DNA from: Geosiphon pyriformis uo1
Taxonomy: Eukaryota > Fungi > Glomeromycota
NCBI GenBank assembly: GCA_016748015.1
Contig: JAAOMT010000039.1
Coordinates: 15,933-79,932 of the forward strand
Direction of reading: 5' to 3'
Length of the DNA stretch: 64,000 nucleotides
The notes under the pieces are model-generated. The model saw only the letters and a program-made list of their open reading frames with translations. It ran no database searches and had not been told where the DNA came from. Of this stretch, positions 13,910 to 25,762 are shown in pieces. Position 1 is the stretch's first letter. Each line of letters opens with the position of its first letter. Made by a program: the position numbers and the translations under genes.

Positions 13910-15405
13910 TTACAATTTGATTATTTGAAAGACTTCATACTCCTCGACAGAGAAGTTTACTCTTTCATGTTCTGAATCAGGCATTATAGCGTGCTCATAA
14001 GAATTATCGCTTCGACAATAGCATCCAGACTTATTTTGAAAATCATCACCTCCCATTACAAGATTAGACTCGCCAAATTTAGGTCCATATTTAGAGGAAT
14101 AATTACCTCCATGTTCGACACTAAATTTGCTAAGTTTAGCATTTTCAGCTTTCCCATTTCCAAGGGAGAAAATAAAACTTCCATCTCCCTTTGATAAACG
14201 GCCACCAGAATGCCAAGATACTGGGTTATATCCGCCAATCAGTTGACCAGTTTCTTTCACTTTGATAACAGTGACTGTTGCTCGTTTATCATTACATAAT
14301 CGGTGAAAATCGGCTGGAGTGAATCCGTCTCGACTGCCTTGAAGTAACAAAGTAATTTTATATTCAAGTTGGTTTTGAAAAGGAGTATTCTCGTCTTTGT
14401 CCTCAATCCAGTGAAGAAGCTGTTTTAAATTATGTATTTCAAGAAGTTTTGTTCGTAATCGTAATGGCTGAGCGTCTACAGACGTTTGATGACTCCCCGG
14501 TACTAAATAATGATGTAAAAGATCCTCATATAAAGTTCCGGGCAAGATTTTTTCAAACGGTTTTACTTTGTAGTAGAAGTCAACGGAAGATATATGAAAG
14601 AAACGGATAAAAGGTAGAAATTCTTCAATTATCCCATTAAAGGCTTCAAAGTTTTCATCCGTCCAGTTAGAGATTTCTTTTATATCAATATTGTTAGCCA
14701 ATTTAGCAGCTCCCCATTCCACAACCTTTTCCCATATTTCAGCTTCTTGCAAATCAAAGAGATCTCTTTGTAGGAATGAAACTAAAGCACATTGATCAAG
14801 CGAGGTGAAATCTTGAGAGTTGAAGATCGCAGCTGGATTTCTAACAGCTATCTCGGTAAAGAAATCCTGTAGCTTTTTAAAGGATGGATACTTGTATGAT
14901 GTTTCACGTAAAGTGAGAAAATTTTCTTTCAACTCTTTTGCATGGTGTTCAATTAAGTAGTCTTCAAGGTGGTTAATGAGCTTTTCCAAAATGAGCTCTT
15001 CAGCGGCAACGATTAATTCTAAAATTTTAGGCACTTCGTATTTGTTAAGTTCTATTTCACCGCTATACATGTATCTAAACAAAAACCAAAAATATTAAAT
15101 ACTAGAAATAAAATACTAATAAATGTATATTGAACAAACTAAACTCACCGAAGTATCACCTCAAAAATTTGAGGAGAAATATTAGGTTCAGAAAAAAGAA
15201 TAATGCCATTTTCTCTTTGAACCAAATTACTAGAGAGAGCAGCGGCAAAATACGAGGATCTTGTTGCTAAGACCAACCCATGAGCGTGAAAAGTTATCGC
15301 ATTAGGTCCATTACCAACGGTAATTCTAACATCAGAACATTTTTGGTTATTCAATAGGCTCGCAAAATCGAAAGACAAATCGTGGAGGAGTTGTTGGGAT
15401 CCCAT
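13910..15405 (-). CDS. BTB/POZ-BACK-TLDc protein (copy 1, intact, 473 aa)
   Basis: Exons 15405-15149 and 15074-13910 join in frame across a GT-AG intron. BTB motifs FHAHGLVLATRSSYF and YMYSGEI; TLDc motifs LLLQGSRDGF, FHRLCNDK, IGGYNP, GPKFG and VEEYEVFQI. Confidence 0.93.
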
Positions 15406-17729
15406 GAATATCCAGAAAGCAGTAGCTGAAAGAAGATTATCTTTTGCCCACTTGCTTATGTTTACCTTTAAAAAAAATCAATGAGACACGTATTAGAATC
15501 TATGACGCAGTCTCTCATATCTTAATCTGCAATTGATTATCACCGATAACAAGATTTTAGTCTAATTTTTTTGATTTTATTTATAAATTAAAAATACATA
15601 TATAAAAAAACTGGATATAACATTCAGAAACAAAGTTAAAAAATTGAATAAATTTTTGTATTAGCTAAAAACTAATATGTCGATTTTTTAGAAATAGAAA
15701 TAAGAATTTTATGCATTATATTGTTCTAAACAAATAAATTTATTTAATAAAATAAGTCATTAATGTTGGAAATTTTACTTATTCTATTTTTAAAAGTAAT
15801 TATTAACTTGGTTATCACTTTAACTATTAATCAAATTGTCAGTTGTCGATTTGGTTATTTACAAATAAACTTAAATGCAATAATTAAATCATATCTTATT
15901 ACGAATTTAAAAATAATTAAAGTTTGTCAAAATTAAATAAGTTGAGTATAGTTTTTAAAATTTTTTTAATATGAAAATATTAATTTAACATAGTATTGTT
16001 TAAATTTTTTATATAAAACCTAATAATATTAAAATAATTAAACTTAAATAGATAGCTTAACATCAAAATTACTAAACTTATTATTATTACAATTTTAATA
16101 AACTTAAGAATGATTTTTATTATAACTTATTTTTAAAAATAATAATTTTTATTTTTTATATATAATTATAGCCCAAATATAATATACTGCAATAATTCAT
16201 ATATATATATAAAGTAAATATCATGCATCCATTTGTTTACATTTAATTGATAATTCAGATCTGTTAAGATTATTCTAAATTAAAACATTAGTATTTACAA
16301 TTATATTACTAATATATTTAAAAGTCTTATAGCTTTTAATAATTTGCAAAGTTTTACTTTGCCATTTGAAAGATGATAGTAGCAATAGTGATGAAAAAGT
16401 GGCTTCGCAATAGTAGTGACAACACTAGAAATGTTTTGATATACTACTTGACAATTTTCTTATGAGAGTCCCGTGCAATTATCAGTTTCATCTGGTATCG
16501 CCCTAATCCTAAGAAAAAGAAAGCAATGTGTTTTATTTATGCAAAAAACCAAAATATATATTATAGGAATTATATGACTAGCATAAATCTTGTTATATCA
16601 AATCAATAATTCCAAATTCTTCAAATTCAAAACCTAAATATTTTATAAATTGAATTCTTCATTTAAATATTTTTCTTATTCTATCAAATATAAAATCAAT
16701 TTTGCAGTTTTTACTTACAAGATGAGTCCTTAATCGATGCGAGATTATCTTGATTAAAAATTTGTTTGGTTGTTTTGAAAGCACCTTGCTTCTCTTTAAC
16801 TAAAGGTACTTTAGTCCAAGTAGTATACCAAAATATTTCTAGTGTTGTCACTACTATTGCGCAGCTGCTTTTTCATCACTACTGCTACTATCATCTTTCA
16901 AATGGCCAAGTAAAACTTTGCAAATTATTAAAAGCTATAAGACTTTTGAATATATTAGTAATATAATTGTAAATACTAGTGTTTTAATTTAGAATAATCT
17001 TAACAGATCTGAATTATCAATTACATGTAAACTATTTGGGCTATAATTATATATAAAAAATAACAATTATTATTTTTAAAAATAAGTTGTAATAAAAATT
17101 ATTCTTAAGTTTATTAAAATTGTAATAATAATAAGTTTAGTAATTTTGATTTTAAGCTATCTATTTAAGTTTAATTATTTTAATATTATTAGGTTTTATA
17201 TAAAAAATTTAACAATACTATGTTAAATTAATATTTTCATATTAACAAAATTTTGAAAACTATGCTCAACTTATTTAATTTTGACAAACTTTAATTATTT
17301 TAAAATTCATAATAAGATATAATTTAATTATTGCATTTAATTTTTTTTGTAAATTTTACAAATTAAATTATTATTCACCAAAAAATTAAAATAAATTTAT
17401 TTGTTTAGAACAATATAATGCATAAAATTCTTATTTCTATTTCTAAAAAATCGACATATTAGTTTTTAGCTAATACAAAAATTTTATTCAATTTTTTAAC
17501 TTTGTTTCTGAATGTTATATCCAGTTTTTTTATATATGTATTTTTAGTTTATAAATAAAATCAAAAAAATTAGACTAAAATCTTGTTATCGGTGATAATC
17601 AATTGCAGATTAAGATATGAGAGACTGCGTCACAGATTCTAATACGTGTCTCATTGATTTTTTTTAAAGGTAAACATAAGCAAGTGGGCAAAAGATAATC
17701 TTCTTTCAGCTACTGCTTTCTGGATATTC

Positions 17730-17749
17730 NNNNNNNNNNNNNNNNNNNN
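17730..17749. other. Assembly gap (20 N)
   Basis: Run of n starting exactly where the mirrored ATG of copy 2 would lie. Confidence 1.
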
Positions 17750-18485
17750 GAAGAGCTCATTTTGGAAAAGCTCATTAACCACCTTGAAGACTACTTAATT
17801 GAACACCATGCAAAAGAGTTGAAAGAAAATTTTCTCACTTTACGTGAAACATCATACAAGTATCCCTCCTTTAAAAAGCTACAGGATTTCTTTGCCAAAA
17901 TAGCTGTTAGAAATTCAGTTGCGGTCTTCAACTCTCAAGATTTCACTTCACTTGATCAATGTGCTTTAGTTTCATTTTTACAAAGAGATCTCTTTGATTT
18001 GCAAGAAGCTGAAACATGGGGAGCTGCTAAATTGGGTAGCAATATTCAGGTAGAAGAAAGCTTTAATTGGACAGATGAAAACTTTGAAGCCTTTAAGGAA
18101 ATAATTGAAGAATTTCTACCTTTAATCCGGTTCTTTCATATATCTTCTGTTGACTTCTACTATAAAGTAAAATCATTTGCAAAATATTTTACCCGAAACT
18201 TTATATGAGGATCTTGTACATCATTATTTACCAGGGAGTCATCAAACGTCTGTAGACGCTCAGCCATTACGATTACAAACAAAACTTCTTGAAATACATA
18301 ATTTAAAACAGCTTCTTCACTGGATTGAGGATAAAGACGAGAATACTTCTTTTCAAAACCAACTTGGATATAATATTACTTTGTTACTTTAAAACAGTCG
18401 AGACGGGTTCACTCCAGCTGATTTTCCCCGATTATGTGATAATAAAGGACCAACAGTCACTGTTATAAAAGTGAAAGGAACTAGT
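17750..18485 (+). pseudogene. BTB-BACK-TLDc copy 2 (5' part in the gap; frameshifted and 3'-truncated)
   Basis: Deletion of IWEKVVE, a frameshift near 18180, a stop at 18392 and loss of homology after VIKVKG. Confidence 0.88.
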
Positions 18486-20149
18486 GAATGAACATATAAA
18501 AATAGAAAATCTATAAATGGTATGTGTCTTATCATGGATTGTTACCTTGTGCATATACATGTATAATTATTTTAATCAATTTTGTGTTATTGTGCTATGC
18601 AACTTGGCTGTCAATTATTTAATATTGATAAAATTTATTATTTTTAAATTTTCAGGCCAACGAACTTGAATTGTATTCAAAAATGACTTTTAGTAGTAAT
18701 GAATAACCTTGAAATTATGTGTGCAAGGATAAAATATATTTCTGTAGGAAATATCAACTTAAAAAATGATCGATTAACTTTTTGGGAAAAATATTTTTCA
18801 ATAGATTTTTGTCCAATTGAAATAAATATGACATCTTTTTCAAGTAGTCTATCAGTGAAAAGATGTTTTTAAATTTTATTTTATAATATTTATATTAAAA
18901 AGTATCAAGTTTTTGCTGCGCGGCTTACGTGTAATAAATTCATTTCTTTTTTATAAGATTTTATTTAAAAGCTAGTTTCTCTAATTTTTACACATTTTTT
19001 GATTTAGAATATTGATCTAATTTTTGGTGATTTTAAAATAAAAATGTTCTTGATTTATTGAACAAAACTTTCAAAGCCTTGTTAAAACTACAGTTTCTAA
19101 ATCAGTTTTAAATCTTGAATCCAATTTAACTTGATTTATTCATAAAATCAGCAAAATACCATTTTTTTCTTGGTTAAATGCTTTTTTATAATCTAAGCCC
19201 ATCATATTTGAATATATTTTTTAGCCTAAATATTAAACTGACAATATATTCATTTTATATATTGAACCTGAATTAAATCTTAAAAATTGAAGTTTTCATC
19301 ATAAATAGATATTTTAGAATAACATAAATCTTTTAGGATTATTTAATATCTAATATTCATCAGAATTTAGCAAATAGGAAGTTAATGGATTGTTCTAAAA
19401 ATAAACTTTTTATAATCTGATTCATAAAAATCATTATAAGGATTGAATGAATAGCATGTTGATTGCTTAGCGATCATTTCTTGCTAATAAAGGAAAAACT
19501 CTTTTTATGCAAGATTTTATTGAAATAGTTAATAAACTGTTAAGCAGAATTACCTATTAATCTTTCAATCATGGTTCTGGATTGGGTTTGTTAGAATGAA
19601 TTATACAGCCATAAAAATAAAGATATTTTCAAGATAACCATGATTAAATCTTTGACGTCTCTTAATTCAAATTTTAAGTTTACTTTTTCAGATTATCTCT
19701 TCCATTTCCCGGTAGTTACCAAATACCATCGCCATTTATTTATATTAAATCTAAATTTACACTTTGAAGAGTGAACAGCTATAATCATGCGGAAACATGT
19801 AGAAGTGACTTTTCTAATGCCATTTAATGAATAACATGATAAAGAAAAAGATCTTGAAGCGTTTTATCGTTTAATATCTTCAAAAAGTGAACTCTAAGAA
19901 TTTTAAGTGAGCAATATGTTTATTTTTTTCCAAGTTCTAACTAATGTTCTTCAAAAAAAAGCTTCATATATTCAGAATGTTCTGATCATTAAAATAAATG
20001 AATATTACTTAATATCCATTCCACTATTTCCTATATACTTAGAGTAATAGGCTATAGAATACTTTGCTCGTGCAAATTTCTAAAATAAGAAGCCCTTTTC
20101 GATATAAACTTTAGAAAATATAAAAACTTAATTATTTGATTTATATGAA

Positions 20150-21459
20150 CTAAGTTTCATGTTTTCTAATTTGAAAAACTTCATACTCCTCGACAAGGAA
20201 GTTTACTTGTTCATTTTCTGAATTAGGCATTATCGCGTGCTCATAACATGTATCCTTTCCACAAGAGCATCCAGGCTTATTTTGAAAATCTTCACTTTTC
20301 ATTACAATACTAACCTCGCCAAATTTGGGTCCACCATTTCGGGCTATCAAAAGATCCATCCTCGGAAATAGATTTGCTAAATTTAGCATTTTCAGCTTTG
20401 CCATCTCCAAGGAAAAAAATAAAACTTCCTTTTCCATCCAACCAATCAACCCTAGAGTTCCACGATTGTGGGCTATAGCCGCCAATTAGCTGACCAGTTC
20501 TTTCACTTTTATTATACTTATTGTTGCTCCTTTATTATCGCATAATCGATGAAAATCCGTTGGAATGAATCCGTTTCGACTGCCTTGAAGTAACAATTTA
20601 AAATCATTTCTAAGCTGATCTTCAAAAGGAGTATTTTCGTCTTTGTCTTGAAATCTACATTATGCAATTGAAAAAGCATCGATTGAATATTTATTCGAAA
20701 ACGAAATGGCTGAGCGTCTACCGACATTTGACGACTCCCCGGTACCAAATAATGTTGTAAAAGATCCTCATATAAAGTTCCGGGTAAGGTTTTTTCAAAT
20801 GGTTTTACTTTGTAGTAGAAGTCAACGGAAGATATATGAAAGAACCGGATTCTCCTTAAAGGCTTCAAAGTTATCATCCGTCCAGTTAGAGATTTCTTTT
20901 ATATCAATCTTTTTAGCCAATTTAGCAGCTCTCATTCCACAACCTTTTCCCATATTTCAGCTTCTTGCAAATCAAAGAGATCTCTTTGTAAAAATGAAAC
21001 TAAAGCACATTGATCAAGTGAAGTGAAATCTTGAGAGTTGAAGACCGCAACTGAATTTCTAACAGCTATTTTGGCAAAGAAATCCTGTAGCTTTTTAAAG
21101 GAGGGATACTTGTATGATGTTTCACGTAAAGTGAGAAAATTTTCTTTCAACTCTTTTGCATGGTGTTCAATTAAGTAGTCTTCAAGGTGGTTAATGAGGT
21201 TTTCCAAAATGAGCTCTTCAGCGGCAACAATTAATTCTAAAATTTTAGACACTCCGTATTCGTCAAGATTTATTTCACCACTATACTAGAGAGAGCAGCG
21301 GCAAAATACGAGGATCTTGTTGCTAAGACCAACCCATGAGCATGAAAAGTTATCGTATTAGGTCCATCACCAGCGATAATTCTAACATCAGAACATTTTT
21401 GGTTTAAATAGGCTCCCAAAATCACGAGACAAATCGTGGAGGAGTTGTTGGGGCGCCAT
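20150..21459 (-). pseudogene. BTB-BACK-TLDc copy 3 (internal deletions, frameshifts)
   Basis: ATG at 21459 (MAPQQLLHD). A deletion fuses AALSS directly to YSGEI and removes the intron; several frameshifts follow. Ends ...EEYEVFQIRKHET*. Confidence 0.9.
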
Positions 21460-22544
21460 GAATGTTCAGAAAGCAGTAGCTGAAAGGTTCACTTGCTTAT
21501 GTCTACCTTGTGAATCGCGTGTAGCAGAATCTATGGCATAATTGATTATCAGAGAAATCTAGAAATATCGAGTTATGTAATAAGAGTGTCAAATCGATGT
21601 TAAATTTCATTTTGACAATATAAAGCCAATACTCAAGTTTCATTATACATGTACAATAAATTCTAGTATAAGTGGCATTTTTTTAAGAATGTGCAGTAGC
21701 TATTGGGAGCTAGAAAATCAAAAAAATGGTCAAACAGCGCTGAAGAATGTTTATGTCCTGTGTGCATTATATTTTACAATCCAAAAATTTCTCGAATTCT
21801 TATCATATGAAATGCTATTTAATATTTAATCCTAGAGGAAAATTATCAGATTCATTGAAAAATCAATTTTCAATTGATATCTGTAAGCATATTTTTGTTT
21901 CTATTCGCAAAAGGGTAAACTATTGTTGGAGAAAGTTTTGGAAACTTATCAAAGAAGAATTTCATATGCTTGTGATTAAGGATTCTAATAAATTTATGAT
22001 ATATTTTCCCAGAAAATTTTCTGCATTAAGAATTCCGCATGGTATGGCCTTTCACACCATGAAGAAATTTAAGTATTATACGAAAAATTTCTTTCGAACC
22101 CACGGAAAATTCTTAAAATTGAAGACTTCCACCCCAAAATATTTTCTTCATTTCAAAAATTGGGTAAAAGGCTTTTCTTTCGCATATTTTAGCTCTGTAT
22201 AAATTTTCATGATTATAACCCTCATTCTTTAGCAATCAAATTTTCACAGAGGTTTAGTATGATATGAAAAATTATAAACTTATTCTTATTTAAATCCCAC
22301 TTAGAATCCCCTATATTAGAAATCCATTATCTACGTCAACTCAAAATCAGAACCTTGTTGACGACTGATAAGCGAAAAGATTTATGATTTGGAAGATTGA
22401 ATGTATATAACAAATCTTAGAAGCAGATAAGGAATTTAAGAATAGAATTTTTTTGACCGAATTTATCACAACTAACGATATTCCTCTAATATTAAAATTA
22501 TGGATCACTAAAATTTCCTGGCTCCTAAACTCTCAACCTCTCAA

Positions 22545-23487
22545 TCATCCTAACAAAGGAGCCGACTCGCCTCGTCGACCACGAATCCAACCCTTCAGGA
22601 AAGGCGTAAAGGAATATATTAAGGTCACCAAACTTAACCAGAAAGCAGTGATCCTAAACCCATCATAATCCTGTTTGACGGAAATTCCATACAACACATA
22701 TGCAAGGACCAAAGAGCCAACAATATCTCCCTTTCCAGCAACGTCGATATAACTTAGCGCAGTGAATTCGATAAAAATCAATGCCCCTGCTACAACCACA
22801 CGGACCCAAATGGCTGGTTCTTGGCCTCTAACAGCATCTGGAATGAACGCGGCAAAGAAAGAAATGAGGAGAGATTCGATTACCCAAGCGTGATAGACTG
22901 AAAAGGGAGCATGGATGAATATTTTATCAGCCAGATTTTCTGCTGGGTATTCATTTCTGATGTTGTAATAAGCGTAGGAAACTTGGAGAGTAAGAACGAG
23001 AAGGAACAAGAAGGCGATGATAGTATTGCCTTGTGAAAAAGCGATGAGAGCACCAGAACTGAAAAGTGTGATGCCGATAAAATGAAATTTCACTCCATCT
23101 ACCACAGTATTTTCTGCCGACTCAAAGAATTGATAAATTATTAAACCACCGAAAAGGATGCTTGTTAAAATAGAAAGTGTGTAAAATACGAATGGAGCTG
23201 GGGTAATGTAGGTAAGTGGATTATAATCTTCTTCATCTCTCTGTAACATGGTTGAAGAAAACGACTGGATTAGTTATTTGAATATTCATTTGCAAATAGA
23301 CCTTTTCTACCTCAATAGTTAAAAAAATAAAAGTTTTCAAAGTAATAAAAAATTATGATTTTCCTAAAGAGAATTCTTTCTGTATTCCTACCGGCCATAA
23401 ACCAAAATATGCATGAAAATGAACAACAAGGTATATAACATAGCTCAACACATTTGCGATTTGCAATAGACGAAGTTGATTTGCCAT
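22545..23487 (-). CDS. Multi-pass membrane protein, DUF1774-like (271 aa, 2 exons)
   Basis: Exon 1 at 23487-23392 (MANQLRLLQIANVLSY..) joins exon 2 at 23264-22545 in frame. Motifs TYITPAPF and IFIHAPFSVYHAW; multiple hydrophobic helices; C-terminal ESAPLL. Confidence 0.8.
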
Positions 23488-24849
23488 CTTGCCAATGTCT
23501 TGCTTTCTTCAACAAAGGTAAATCGTGAGAATTTATATCAAGAACACAAAAGGTAGAAGAGGAGGTGAAAAGAATCCCCGTTGATCTTTCTTATGATCTT
23601 AAATATTCAGTCAGGATACCATCATTGTTGTTAGTTTAAGACGTACACACCTATATACGGCTTGCATATTCGAGTATTGAGATTGCTAGTGAAAACGGGT
23701 TTTAACAGGTAATTAGTTGATTGTGATTAATTTCTTTATCGGTGTGTTAGATTGGCGGAACTTCCTAGAGATGGAAATGATATGATTGTCAATTTTTAAT
23801 TTTTTCATGCAAAAAGCCCTAAATGAACTCAAAAACCAGCCTTTATTTATTACAAAGAGTTGGACAAGTACTTTGGGGAAAAGTTTCAAATTGCATTTAT
23901 GATAAAATAAAAGTAATTGGTCCAGAAGCATGTTAACGAGAAGAGCTCCTAAGGCAACAATGATATTTGGATCATACCAGCCCCCGAGAATAGAAAGTGG
24001 CTCAGAAAAGTCATCGTGCCACCCGAGAAAATTTAGATATCACGAGATAAAAAATAAAATCTTTCGTTAAAGATCTATTTTTGTACGATAATTGTGCCAT
24101 TATTTTGATTCTAATTCAGACACTTCAGTTTGCGAGTAATTCTGCCAATATCACATGATTTTGAAGATAGTCTTGGGTTTGATTTCAGACAAATTTACGT
24201 AGAAGCTTTTTCTCTCTATTTCTCTGTCTTATCTCATTACTAAACTTTCCAACGATCTAGGATGAAAGATGTGAAGCATTGAGCTGTTGTATCTGAGGAC
24301 ATGAGTTCAGCATTATTCATCCCAAAAAAAGTATTCTCAGTAGGTGATGAACCAGATGATGACTCTCTAGAATCACTCGTTTGGGCCTGGAGAGTTCTTA
24401 GTAAGGAGGGATGTGAAAGCATGTTTCAGAGAAAGTACATACTGTGTATTAGTAACACTTTGATTTCACTCTTCTCAATAACTTGTTTTTACTTTGTATT
24501 GTCGATTAATTTTGTATTTTCAGCCTCAAGTTCGAAAACTCGAATAATTTCCCATACGTCTCTACCGCGACTGTATTGTGGCGTTCGCTTTTTACATATA
24601 ATTATAGAAACAACTTGGAGTCTGAATTTACGTATCGTGAAAATTATGTATTGCTACGCAGGAATTTTTTTTGCTAATTTATTAAACTACGGGTCAGGAA
24701 GAGGATCTTCTATCTTCAAATCCCGTTAAGCATGTGTCAAATCTGAAAGAATCGATACCTTCATTGGAGATATTCAAGAGATTGAATGAAAAACATTATC
24801 TTTTATTGTTTAGTGACTTATGCAATTAAATAACTTAATACTTATCTTG

Positions 24850-25490
24850 TATTATTTCATCTTTGGGCAAAATGCCCATACTACCAAGCGGTGAACACGA
24901 TGTCTTTTTTGATTCTAAGGTATTCTGCATCTAGAGATCCTCGAGAAATTAAACTATTGGGAAACTGAACCCTCCCTAAAGAAGAAACTCTAAATTAATC
25001 ATTGAAATCTTTTTCTATGCAATCTTCATAATACATCCAACACACTCCACAACATTTTGAAATACTGCTCCCATTAATTTTAAGGCTCTCGCTCACGTGA
25101 ATGATGGAATCCCACATTCGAACACAATTACAGTCTAATTCCTTTTGTACAATTTTTTGAGACCTAGAATGAATAGTGTTTAGGAATACCTTACGTCCAG
25201 CGTTTTCTTCTGGAGTTACAAATTCCAAATTAATTCCCGATTATCATCTTTAGTGTCATTTATGTGGTTAACATAAGGCCTATTTTCTGAAGGTTGGCAT
25301 AATTAAAATATGAACACCAATTTTGGTACAAATACCATTAATTTTAAACTTCGTTCGTATATAGCCACTCTTTTTGCAGGCACTTAGTCTAAAAAATTCA
25401 CCTTTATTGTTCTTAATACGTCTGAATACGATCTTCCATTATAACTCTGTTATTTATAGTAACCTCATTTTTTAAATTCGCCATTCGGAT
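24850..25490 (-). pseudogene. Tandem NUMOD4/HNH/NUMOD1 endonuclease relic (giant-virus/phage-like architecture)
   Basis: SGYIRTKFKING..VHILI, RPYVNHINDTKDDNRE/NLEFVTPEENA (HNH), QKIVQKELD..WDSI..LKINGSSISKCCG (NUMOD1), then a second module FRVSSLGRVQ..HRVHRLVVWAFCPK. Frameshifted. Confidence 0.85.
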
Positions 25491-25762
25491 TACTATTAAA
25501 ATATTTTGCTCTAGGTATTATATGAAGACATTGCAAGGATGCATGGAAGAAATTATTGACCAAAGTCTCCCAAGTGCCACAATTAGAAAAATCACCAATC
25601 AAATTTATATCCTAAAGATACAGAAAATTGACAATATTAATTAAACCTAATTATCATTTTAAGACAAATGGTGCAACTATTCTTGTCAACTATTTCAATT
25701 AAAAAAAATTCCATTTAACCTTTGCCGGCATAACTTCTATCTTGTTAAAGGACACTCGAATT

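Larger units (their letters stand above)
14247..18485. repeat. Large imperfect inverted repeat (arms ~14247-16450 and 16817-18485, 366-bp spacer) carrying head-to-head BTB-TLDc copies 1 and 2
   Basis: 15406-15750 is a near-exact reverse complement of ~17390-17729. The inner arms match up to cttg(16450)/caag(16817), with some indels. Confidence 0.9.

Noticed and set aside
21747-22202. 151-aa plus-strand ORF
   Set aside because: Composition is typical of random AT-rich DNA (F/K/I/Y-rich) with no recognisable motif.
24240-24620. Minus-strand fragment with ELEAENTKL coiled-coil-like motif
   Set aside because: Too short and interrupted to call; may belong to a repeat family adjoining the HNH relic.
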